Assembly (NCBI GenBank): GCA_026025795.1
Contig: JAPEUG010000176.1
Location: 1-33,907, forward strand
DNA from: Thelocarpon superellum
Taxonomy: Eukaryota
Direction: 5' to 3'
Length of the DNA stretch: 33,907 bases
Below, piece after piece: positions 21,912-33,085 of this stretch. A program made the translations under genes and the position numbers. Numbering within the stretch: position 1 is the stretch's first letter; each line of letters opens with the position of its first letter. Below the pieces are notes generated by a model, which was not told the origin of the DNA, did not search any database, and was given only the letters and a program-made list of their open reading frames with translations.

Positions 21912-24900
21912 GCGTGCCGTCTGGATCAGAAAGTTCACTTCTCGGACGCGCTTGGATTACTTAATGAGGCCGGCTGCTGGCGTTGTGGCTAGTGGCGGGT
22001 GGCACGGCACATACGATCGGACCAAGTCATCATGTTTTCGCTCACCGTTCTGATGTACGTTGCTTTGGCTGGAAGGAGGCGAAGCGGGGTTCGGTATACT
22101 GATATCTGTCGTCGCGTCGGGGTCGCGGCGATGGAGGGTGGAGTGGATTGCTGGGGGGTTCTCATTCGATACCTTGGGGGCATTTGGATGTCTGCTTGGC
22201 CGGCCCGTGCCAGAGGATCTCCTGATCTCTCGATCTCTTGATATTTTCCTATGTTCGACATGTGATGTTGCGTCATACATATACGAGTAGGATACCTCTA
22301 ATGAGCTCTGACAATGGCTCTATAGCAGAGTTCGACCCCTTCCCTAGGCTCGGATCCGTGAGCGCGACGCGGCGTCAGCTCTGCTGCGTGGTGGTGTAGT
22401 GGACAACGTTGTGAGACCAGCGAAGCGTGTGCGGAGCCAGGACGGGTGGAAGGTTGCGCCACGGCGCTTGGCATGGTTTGTGCGCTTGCGTAGACCTGAC
22501 CAGTCCTCATCTTCATCTTCATCCTTATTCCGGTTGGTGGCATGGCAAGTCGGTGGCGACATGTGGGCTCCAACCACTGACATACTAAGTACTTACTCCC
22601 TAAGTGGCACTGATCCATGTCTCGTGGGCAGCCACTATGATGGGCCACTTCTCATATGATGGTGTCAGACTGTCACGCAATTGCAACCGGTCAAAGCTCG
22701 CACACATTGGTTCGAGGACGGCATGCCGCTCTGGTGTGTCGGACCGAGATGGACAACCACTTGTACTTCGTACTACTCATCAAGCGCTGCTGCGATAGAT
22801 TCAATATGCTTCTCACCTCAGCAGTGCCGGCTGCCATTTGCATCTCCGAACCAGCAGGTCAAGCGGTAGTTTGTATCGCTGGGGGTGTTTTGTCAGGTTC
22901 GTGGTCGAGTATGGGATGGCCGGTGGTATAGGCGGCGCGTCGTATCGTGGGGCTGGTGCGAAGGTAAGAATGGGCGACCCAAGGATATGCAAGTGCAAGG
23001 AGTGATGATTAAGAACAGTGGGCCACAAGGCACGTCTAGCCCCTGAGCCGTATGTACTTTGGACCAGATCCTGACCTGAATGCTGGTAGGCGACACGTGC
23101 TGCACATCGCGACAGTCATTATAAGTTGTGCCCAGGACTGTGGTGAGGGACTCCCGGGAGAGAAGACGGGAGTCACGAGAAACATTACGAGTGCAGGAGC
23201 GCGCACGTGATCTAGTCACGTGCCCACTCCTATTACTATCCCAGACCACGCGTAGATTAGCAATTCAGCTCTGATTCCTACACGAGTAGTAGTGCCTGCT
23301 GGCAAGCGTTTGTACTCGTAGAGTAACGACTGGTGAACGGACCCTAGCGCGCACTACACTGAACGAAAACTGCGCAGCGCCTACTCTCTGCTTGGCCCGC
23401 CACAAGTCCTGCAGAGATCTCGAAAATGCTCTGGCTACTTCTTTGGAACAACCCTAATCTACAGCAGGCACATCTCACCGTTTGAAAGCAGTTGTTTCGG
23501 GAGCGGGCAAGAGCTGCTGCGTGGGGAAGCTGGCTTGCGCGACCGTAAAAATGTAGGGTGGGGCGCGCGCAGGCATCTGTCCGCCGACGGGTGAGGACTT
23601 GTGGCCTGTAGGTACGGCAGTTACGTGCGCCTGGGGTGAGTGCCAGCATTAGGGCTGGACGGTAACATACTTTCCCCGGTATATGCTGTACCATCCGGGA
23701 ACGACGGGACAAGGGAGGTCGTTGGTCGGGTCCGGATGGCTGCATTAGCGCAGACGCCCGGGACGAAAGCCATCGGTCTCGTCGACGTTCCTCGAGCGTG
23801 TAGCGGGGCAGTCTCGCAACCCTGGCTCGGCATCGTCACCCCGCACATGGACCTCTCGCCCCAAGGCTCAGACAGAGGCATGGCGAGTGGTCACCATGGG
23901 CAACCCGAACTACAAGGTGCGCGACAGTGCCTGGCTGGCGAGCTCAAACGTGGCCAGCTGCTGCGAAGGGCAGGTGAGAAGATGGCTGGCGCGTGGAAAA
24001 CGTTCACGCGTGGTGCCGAGCGTGGGGACGTGCACTCGGTGGTAAACATGGAACGGTTGTGAGGCAAATGTCCTCGCCGCTGCTGTCGGCCTTCTTGGGC
24101 CGCCCCCATCTTGCTAGCATCCAGCTGTTTCATTGCTCGACCGCTCATCCTTCGAGGCTGTTGTGGTTTGCCTCCGTCGCCATGTTTCACCACCAGCCAT
24201 GACATGAGGACTGCATAGCATTCCCTCTACCACAACACGCATTCCACGACGTTGCCATTCCGCGCCCGACCATTCCGCTCTGTATGCAACATCCAGCATT
24301 GACGCCTAACAACAGTGCCACCGTGTAGGGTACGGTAGCAACGTGCAAGCTCCCGAGCTCGCCAGCTCGCAAGCTCGCCCTTGGGAAGCTCGCGCACGTA
24401 TCCATTGACAAGCCCATCTTCAACCCCATCTGTTTCCCGTGACTGTCAGCATCTGTCGCGCACGGTCGACTGTCCACTCTCAGCCTCCGGTGCCCACCCC
24501 GGGGTGAATGGTCTTGGTGATTCCCTTGGTGCCCTGCCATATCGCTTCTCCCAATTCCGGTCCGGACTGACAAGTCCACCCAAGGACAGGCTCGTTGCCC
24601 CAACCGCACCCCGCGACTCTTCGAATTTATCATCAGTGTGTGACGAGCAGTCAGACCTGTGACGTCTCATCTCGTCCGTGAACGGCATCGTCAACGGCAT
24701 CGCCATCAACCATTGATCAATATACTTTCCAGCATCCCAGAGTGCCAATACTCGTGCTGGCCTTGCATTTCGGCAGCAAAAGTGCACGGTGGACTCGGCA
24801 TCGAGCACCGACGTGGTGGGCGCAGAAGGCCATCGGCGCCACGTGTGGACGCAAGTGACGCTTCACCCACGAGTCACTGTCCCTGTCCCTGTCATCACAC

Positions 24901-24947
24901 TCCTGGGGTGATATCTGTCGTCACTAGAGCTGCGCTCTGCCGCCATC

Positions 24948-27900
24948 ATGTCGGGGCGCAGACCTCTCGGTGATGCAACGGTGCGGGCGAACAATGCCCA
25001 AGGTCTACCGCGTCACCTTCTGCCACAGTCGCAGACACCAACCCTTCCCCATCACGAGTCGTTGAAAGCGAATGGAGATCTTGCCGTGCGCGAGGTACCA
25101 GACCACGCCATGCGTGGCGCCGAGAACCCAAGGCTCTCCGCCGTGGTCGGTGAGGATCAGCACAACAGCTCGAATCGCAACTCTCAGATCTCCACCACCT
25201 CTACGAACGCCTCGGGCAAGTCCCGACGCAAGACCCATGTCGGCCCATGGCAGCTGGGCGCCACCCTAGGTCGCGGCGCCACCGCCCGCGTGCGAAAGGC
25301 TCGGCATGCCGTCACCGGCCAAGCTGCCGCCATCAAGATCGTCTCCAAGGCGGCCGCGGCGTCGGTCCAACGCCGCACCAGCATGAAGGGCAAGGGCTTG
25401 CCGACCGAGGATCCGCGTGGACCGAAGCAAATGCCGTTTGGCATCGAGCGAGAGGTCGTGATCATGAAGCTGATTGAGCATCCCAACGTCATCCAGCTCT
25501 ATGACATCTGGGAGAACCGTGGAGAGCTGTACGTGCCAGACGACCCCGTCCCTTCTCTTCTACCTGTGCCGCCCAGGAAAGCTGACGAGCCTCGTACTCA
25601 GCTACTTAGTCTTGGAGTACGTCAAGGGCGGCGAGCTCTTTGATTACCTGGTGCAGGCTGGCCATTTTCCCGAGCACGAGGCGATCCGCTATTTCCGCCA
25701 GATCCTTGCCGGCTTGACATACTGCCACCACTTCAGCATCTGCCATCGCGATCTCAAGCCTGAAAACATTCTCATGGACCGCGACAAGAACGTCAAGTTG
25801 GCGGATTTTGGCATGGCGGCCCTGCAGCCGGAGAACCACCTGCTCAATACCTCGTGTGGCAGTCCCAACTACGCGGCCCCCGAGATCTTGGAGGGAAAGC
25901 AGTACCATGGGAGTGACGTCGACATCTGGAGCTGTGGCGTCGTCCTCTACGCCATGCTCGTTGGCCGCACCCCTTTCGACGACGTGGATGTGCCAAGCAT
26001 CTTGCGCAACATCAAGGCCGGCCGCTTCGACATGCCCAGCCGCTTGAGTCCCGAGGCGCAAGACCTCCTTCGGAACATGCTGCAGATCAATCCCACCCGA
26101 CGCATCAAGATGGACCAGATCTGGCGCCATCCCCTGCTGACCAAATACGATGTCGTCTATGCCATCGATGGCACCGTCGTCCGGAACGCCGGTCCGCCCG
26201 CGATGCCGCCGATGCAAGACATGGCTCAGCCGCTCAAGTCCAAGGCGGACGTGGACGGGGAACTCCTACGCAATCTGCAGACATTGTGGCACGGGGAGAC
26301 GGAGCAGATGCTGGTTCAGAAGCTGTTGACGGAAGAGTGAGTGTCAGCGAGTAGGGCGGAACGGAGGGATCACGTCTAATGAGGGTGATGCAGGGCGAAT
26401 CAAGAGAAATTCTTCTACTACCTTCTGCTCAAGTATCGTGAGAAGCATCTCGAAGACTATCCCGGACCGAGTCTCGAATACTCGGCGAGCGATTACCATC
26501 ACAATCGACCTGCCCGCAAGAAGCGGGCGCCTCAGCGCTCTGCTAACGCCTTGTCACGGGCTCAGGGCCGACAAGGATCTCAGTTCTCCATCGTGAGCGA
26601 TGGAAATGTCCGGTCGAAGGCCAGACGTAGTTATTATGAGGATCCTGACACGGCGGCAACGGTGGAGAGTTATGATCCCTTCCGGTCGTCGCGTAACCCT
26701 GTCCACGTCGCCGAGGCCAAATACGCCAACGTGACGGTCCTCCGCGGGCAGTCCAACGCGTCGCGTGAGGCGCAGCAGAGCCTCGCGCCTCCAGCCGTCA
26801 CCAAGCTCTATCCGGGCTCGACCTCACTCTCGCACGGGTCCATCACCAGCGCGTCGCGACCGCTGACCCCTTCGCAGCGGAAAAGTTCGCTCTCACGACT
26901 CGGATCGAAAGGCTCACTCGCCAGCTCGGCCCGCCGAGGAAGCAGCCCCGCCGTGATCCGACCGAGCAGCAGCCACAAGCGTGGCGTCAGCTTCGCCCAC
27001 CTGCGCAAGCCCGGCCCGGCTGAGGCGTCCAGCTCGACCCGACAGGGTGCCCGGTCACGCGTGGAGCAACGACATGAACGGTCGCACGGTCGGTCGCGAG
27101 GGGCGCAAGTCACCGTCATTGAGACGTCGAGCAGCCCGCCGACGGAATCGAACATCACGCCACGACCCCGCCGTGGGACGACCAACGCGCGCCCCGGAAG
27201 CGCGGGACAGAAAACGACCGCCCCGTCGGTCATGTGGCGGGAGGAAGCACGACAGGTCAGCAGTGAGCTAGAGAAGTTCTGCGAGGAGGCCTTCAATCGC
27301 TCGTCGGTGTCCAGTGCTCGAACGACGGCGACCGAGGCTGTAGTGGCGTACGACACGCCCATTTCCACCTTCTCCGCGCGGGATGAATCGCCTTTGTTGC
27401 GGAAGGGGCCCGTGAAGCCATCGGCACCTTCGCCCGTGGAGCGGCCCCTTCCTGCTCCCCCCCTGATCGTCATGGACGCCTACACGGAACAGCAGCTGTT
27501 GGCGACGCGGGATCGGTTGAAGCAGCGGGCCATCGAGGGCAGCGCGGGCGCATCGCAAGAATACCTCGACGACGTCATTGCCCACCTCGACCGCCTGCTT
27601 GCGCCGGCTCCCTTTCAGGCGACTGCACCCGACCAAGGTCGACGGTACGTGAGTGCCTCGGCCGACTGTCGCTCACCTGCCGAGACGAATCATCTCCCGT
27701 CCATCTCGGAGGAACGCCACGGGGATTATCATGACCTCCGACGGATGAAGCATCGTGCCCAGCAAGGACAGCGCACCTCGTCCGAGCCGACCGGGACGGC
27801 GACTGTGCCGTCGACGTCCCAAGAGAGGGATTTTGCGTACGCTGCCTTCCATCGAAGCTCCCCGGCCCCAGTCACCCCCGTCGCCCCACTCAATGTGCGA

Positions 27901-28997
27901 AAGCGCAGCACGCAGCAAGTTGTGAGCCCGCTGAAACGCGTCGAAGACCGTGCTAAGCCCGAACCCGAGCCGGCCCCCCACCCGGAACCCGAGCGCGCGC
28001 CCGAGGACTCGGACTCGCAGTCGTCGTGGATTCGCGATTATGTCACCCGACAACGAGATGCCCCCCTGCAGACGGTGCGCGAACAGGACTCACCCGACGA
28101 CGTGGTGATGCAACGACCGCGGATGACTTCAGGGGAAGGCAAGAAGTTCGGCTGGTTCAAGCGAAACCAGGCGGCGACGTACGTTCCCTCCCCATCGATC
28201 GTGGAGACTACTTCGCCGTGGGAAGCGAACGATGCGTCGGCAATCCGTCCGACATCAAACATTGCGAGCGAGAACACGGGCGGGAGTGGAGAGTGTGGGA
28301 GGCGGCCGACGTCAGGCTTCGGCAAGAAGGGCCTCATGAAGATCTTTCACCGGCTCAAGTCGGGCGAGGAGAAGCCGGAGATCTCGCTGAGCGGTAGGTG
28401 GAGCGGATCGCATCGTCTGTGTAGTGACCGATGAACTGACCTGAGGCAGTGGCCACGATGGACGATGCCATGAGCCCCGAGGGTTCCCGGACGTCATCGA
28501 ACAAAGACTCGCGTCTCCGTCGTATTCGGCCACAGCAGACGTGGTTCACACGGATGTTGCACATCAAGCCGGCATCCAAGCTCCTGTGCTTCACTGTCGG
28601 CAAGGTCCGCGCGCGACAGGAAGTGGCCAGCATCCTCAAGGCGTGGAAGAAATACGGCCTCCGCGATGTGGTGGTCGATCGCGCGCGTAGTCTGATCTTT
28701 GGACGGGTGGACGTCAAGAATTGTAAGTGTCTGGGCGGATACGGTTGATGTCGTGAGCATGCTGACGCAAGTGCACTAGATCTCGGCCTCAAACCGGTGT
28801 CCTTTGCCTGTGAGATTCTTGCTGTCGTCGAGCATGGAAAGCGTGCGCGCTTCTCCATCGCGCGTTTCACGCAAGAGAAAGGCGCGGCGAGTAGCTTCTA
28901 CAAAGTGGTGGAGACGCTTGAGACGATGCTCGCGCGCCGCGATCTACTGATCACCGACGAACTTCGGCGAAAAGCGATGGAGAGGATTCTACCTTGA
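24948..28997 (+). CDS. Nim1-family (Gin4/Hsl1/Cdr-like) septin-associated Ser/Thr kinase, 5 exons, 1268 aa
   Basis: Exons 24948-25528, 25602-26336, 26394-28393, 28450-28722, 28780-28997 join in frame (3807 nt). VGPWQLGATLGRGATARVRKARH, PFGIEREVVIMKLIEHPN, HRDLKPEN, DFG, TSCGSPNYAAPE, NQEKFFYYLLLKY, C-terminal fungal KA1-like domain (WKKYGLRDV, QEKGAASSF), N-terminal D-box-like RRPLGDATVRAN. Confidence 0.93.
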
Positions 28998-29890
28998 GAG
29001 CTCCTCGCCGTGTTGCCGATCTTCTGGTCTGCTCTTTGAGCTCTGCCGCTGACGCCCTGAGGCCCCGACGCGAGGTTGGAAAGGTGCAACGTTCTGGCCA
29101 GCTTCCGGCATGCTTTGATTGGCCACCTCACCCACCTTGCCTTTTCCTTGGTCTATCGACGGACTTGATCGTCGCCATTTTCTCATGTCCGGCGCTCGGT
29201 CTGCCAGGCGCATTTGACAGTCAGGACGACGTACCGTTTTGATTTGTTCCTCTGGCCCCGCTGTCTCACCGGACTTCTGGCGCAACCTGCACATGGAAGA
29301 GCGCATCACGATTTACATTCATTCTTCTTTCCCCCGCCTTTTCCCCAGCCGACAATCACGCTCACTTTGACTTTCATTTTCGGATTCATTGTCCCGTTCG
29401 TCTATACTTTCTCGTTTCCCCCACCCAGGCCGATGTGATGCAGGAGACAAAATTCAATGATGAACGTCTCTTGCGAGACGTCCCCACTAGACAACGACAA
29501 GATGAGATGAGATGTGACGAGATGCAAGACCCAATAGCCGAACACGAGGGAGGCACGGAAGGAAGGATGGTGGATCATAACAAAGGCCCGAGCTCCTCCT
29601 TCCCTTATAACCTCATGTATATCCCTCACGCACACGTGTTATACCACACACAATTCGTGCCCAGAGGATATGAGACTCTGCTCGCCCAAGAGCAGATAGA
29701 CAACAGGGGAATGCGCCGTATGTAACCACAACATATCATACCACAATCCATACCACCTCGTTCATCAGACGAGAGGTATAGATAAGAGCACCTTGCGCGG
29801 GCGTCTTCGGCCTCGCCATTCAGGAGAGACCGCTGCCCCTATCGAACCCTCCACCACCACCGCAACGATAGCCCCACACCACCCCTCAAG

Positions 29891-30481
29891 ATGTACACTG
29901 CCCTCCGCCCGCACTTGCCTCGGTGCACACCCATCCTACAGCACCTGGCGATACTCGCACTACTGGCCAGCTACCTGGCACGGCCCATCAGCAGCACACC
30001 CGTGCACCTCAGCAGTCACGGCCCGCAACTTCCCGACCGCACGATGAACCTAATGAAGCGCCAGGTCGTCGGCCAGATCGGATTCGACGGCGGCGACGTT
30101 ACAGACATGAACCAGACCCTGCGGGCTGCTTACTCCGCCATGCACCCCAACACATCATGGTGCCTACTGATCAAGGAGGGCCCGACGGCGGTCCGAACGG
30201 ACATGTTGGCGCGAAACCACAATTACATCCAGATTCGCCACAAGGTGACGGATGAGGAGAGCCGGATTTGTGGACAGGGGCTGCACGATAACCTTGGCGC
30301 GGGTTGTGGAGGGGGCATCTTGACGTTTTGGAGCCCGGATGCTGATGCTTGTGGTCTGCGTGATGATTACGACGTCATGTTTGGCTTTGACTTTGAGGAC
30401 TGGGACCAGATGGTCTCATGTGTCCAAGATTCGATTCGCAAGGCCGAGCAGAAGAACCTTACCTGTACCTTGATAGAATGA
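29891..30481 (+). CDS. Putative secreted cysteine-rich protein, paralog 1 (196 aa, intronless)
   Basis: Hydrophobic signal (LAILALLASYLARPISS), Kex2-like NLMKR, 6 Cys in the mature part, C-terminal domain clearly homologous to 31273-32049. TATA-like TATAGATAAG near 29776. Confidence 0.82.
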   Translation: MYTALRPHLPRCTPILQHLAILALLASYLARPISSTPVHLSSHGPQLPDRTMNLMKRQVVGQIGFDGGDVTDMNQTLRAAYSAMHPNTSWCLLIKEGPTAVRTDMLARNHNYIQIRHKVTDEESRICGQGLHDNLGAGCGGGILTFWSPDADACGLRDDYDVMFGFDFEDWDQMVSCVQDSIRKAEQKNLTCTLIE

Positions 30482-31272
30482 GACAGAGGAGGCGTGGGAG
30501 GTGGACGGGAGTTAGCGTGCAGGATGCGACTTCACAATCTTGAAGCGGGGTGGCTCCCGAGTCTCCCAAAACGTAGCCAATATTCTACCACGGGGGCTAT
30601 CCCAAGCCCTGGACGTCAGCGTGGCTAAGCGTTAGTTCCGATTACTTGGCATATGTGGTACTCATATGACCCACTATTCCACCGGCTGACAGTGAAAGCT
30701 CTCCCAACAAGAAAGACCTCCTCGGGCAGACCAACATGACCCACTCCAAGTAAATAGCGGAGTTCTCGTAAAGTCGATATGACTGGGTGGAACCGCGTCT
30801 ACTGCAGCGCTTGACCAAACGTGAACGTGACATGACGCATGAAGCGCGCTTTGCTGGGAACCGAAAAGTACTTCATACCAAGCACACCAACAATGCCGGC
30901 GGCCGTGGGGAGAGCCGCATCTCTGCATGACCTGCCTATTTCAGAATTCCGGGGTCCAGGGTCCACGCCTGCACGTCAGAGCGGACCTCATCCTACAACG
31001 GCATTTCCCCCTCACCCACGCAGGAGCCATGACTGATATGAAGCAAACGTAGGGAACAAGTATCAAGCCATTAACCTTGCGGCAGGCCAAAAAGCTGCAT
31101 GAAGATGGCAACCTCTTGTCATCTCCCTCAACGCATCCCACTGCGGCCTCCCGGATGCTGCTCCCTTTCATTACCCTGACTCGACTCCACGTGCGCGATT
31201 AGCCGTTGACCCCACGGTCGTCCTGACCGGCTGGCCAGCGCCCTCCTCTCTGCCGCGGCAAAACAAGGCAAG

Positions 31273-32049
31273 ATGGGGAGAAGCGGCGTCCAAGTGGCAC
31301 CGGGCGTTCCTCGAGTCGTGGCCCTCGTACTCCTGGTTCTAGCCGCGACGAACATGCCGGCCTTCGGGGCGCGGCTGTCCTCCTCCGAAACAGAGCAGGC
31401 GCGGGAGCGAGAACAAGAGCTATCACGACGGCACGTCGAAGGAAGAAACCCCGTCCCGCCACCAAGCCACCCGACGAATTGGTGGTGGTATGCGCGAAAG
31501 CCACGGCCGCCACCGCCGCCGCCGCCTTCACCACACATATCACGCAGAGACAACGGTGGTGGCGCCGCCGACGACGATCCATTCGGGCCGTGCGGGATCT
31601 TCAACAACACCGACCCGAGCTGTTCCCGGTGCGCGCTGACGAACGTCACGACCCCGGTCACTAATAGCACACAGCTCGGCGACCCCAACCCAGACCCCGA
31701 TCCCAATGACGCCGTCGTCCTCCCCGCTCCCGTGCCCGTACAAACCATCAAGATCCGCAACCGAGTGGTGGAGGAGGGCAGCAGTAACTGTGGACAGGGC
31801 TTGCGGGACAACCTGGCCTCGTGCGGGACCATTGTCACGTGGAACGCGACCGACGCGGACGCCAAGACCTTCATCGGAGGGAAACTGGCGCAGCTGTACC
31901 AGGCGGTGTATACGTGCTATTCTCGCTCGGATTACGATGTCGTCTTTACGTTTGAGAGCATTCCCAATCTCGAGCGTATGCTGACCTGTGTCGAGGATGC
32001 CATTCAGAAGGCGGAGAAACAAAAACTGGCGTGCACCGTCTCCTATTGA
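31273..32049 (+). CDS. Putative secreted cysteine-rich protein, paralog 2 (258 aa, intronless)
   Basis: Signal-like VVALVLLVLAATNMPAFGA, dibasic sites LSRR and ISRR, 8 Cys after the last RR, several N-x-S/T sequons. Shares CGQGLxDNL, DADA, DYDV and CVxDxIxKAExxxLxCT with paralog 1. Confidence 0.85.
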   Translation: MGRSGVQVAPGVPRVVALVLLVLAATNMPAFGARLSSSETEQAREREQELSRRHVEGRNPVPPPSHPTNWWWYARKPRPPPPPPPSPHISRRDNGGGAADDDPFGPCGIFNNTDPSCSRCALTNVTTPVTNSTQLGDPNPDPDPNDAVVLPAPVPVQTIKIRNRVVEEGSSNCGQGLRDNLASCGTIVTWNATDADAKTFIGGKLAQLYQAVYTCYSRSDYDVVFTFESIPNLERMLTCVEDAIQKAEKQKLACTVSY

Positions 32050-32519
32050 CATCTGCTCGGCGCTTTGCATACCATCCCTGAAGAAACCTCTAGAGATGGC
32101 TGGGGGATTTACAGACTGGTGGAGTGATTATTGACTGCTAGAGATCTAAAGATAGAACAGAGACTACATCTAGATAGCATCAATCCAGAGAGGGCGTATT
32201 CAATACATACTGCATGGCCCACAGAACCCTTTCATTGAACGTGACCCTGGTGTACGAGTTGTATCATCAAAGGTAGGTTATTCATGTATTGTAGTTAAAT
32301 TGGTCTTCTTAAATCTCGACGAGGGCAGGTGAGGACAGGGCAGGATACGAAACGAAGGAAACGAATCACGCCATCTCGAGATATCAAATGCCGAGGACGG
32401 CTGATCACAAAAGGATATAGGAGTAAAAGGGCACAGGTAGGGGAAGGAGACGGATACTAGGAGGGCAACGAGTAAAAACCAACGTAGGGAAAGACAATGA
32501 TGCCAGCAACGACCGATAA

Positions 32520-32568
32520 ACAGACCAACCGACCGACCGACCAAACGACTGATTGGTCGACCGACCCA
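32520..32568. repeat. Imperfect (GACC)n tetranucleotide tract, probably in the 3' UTR of the minus-strand transcription factor
   Basis: ACAGACCAACCGACCGACCGACCAAACGACTGATTGGTCGACCGACCCA read directly. Confidence 0.65.
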
Positions 32569-33085
32569 CGGGTAGATCGGAAAGGTGCGTGCGCGAGCAC
32601 GACGAAAATAAGAGGTGTAGAGTCGACGGCGAAAAGGGAGAACCAAATTCACGACACCAACCGGACCCAGGCCTGCAAATGCCCCATCCCATATCATACT
32701 CAGCCTGGACCTAAGCTCGAGCTCAGATCCAGCTCAGATCGAACCCCGATCCTCAGCAGCCGGGGTCTCCTCGATTCGAGGCCCGATATACTCGGAGGCA
32801 AAAATCAGATTGGCCACCCACGCAGAAATCGCTGGACGAGGCAAGACCACAAAGGAGAGGTAGGTAGACCCAAGGGAAGAGGAACAAGCCGTCACGCGCA
32901 AGAGGTGCAACCAACAGATGCCACCCATTCTTCCGATGACGATGCATTAACGAGCCGAAGTGGCGGGACCCATACCATGGATCTGGGGGTAGTCCGAACG
33001 GAGGTGGATACAGGTCGAGCGCACGTCAGACGGCCGAGGGCGGAATGCGACCCGCGCAATCAAACCACACGGCCAGACCTCAGCC

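Noticed and set aside
23640..24662. ORFs of 140 and 93 aa upstream of the kinase
   Set aside because: Non-ATG starts, no motifs, and no convincing splice path.
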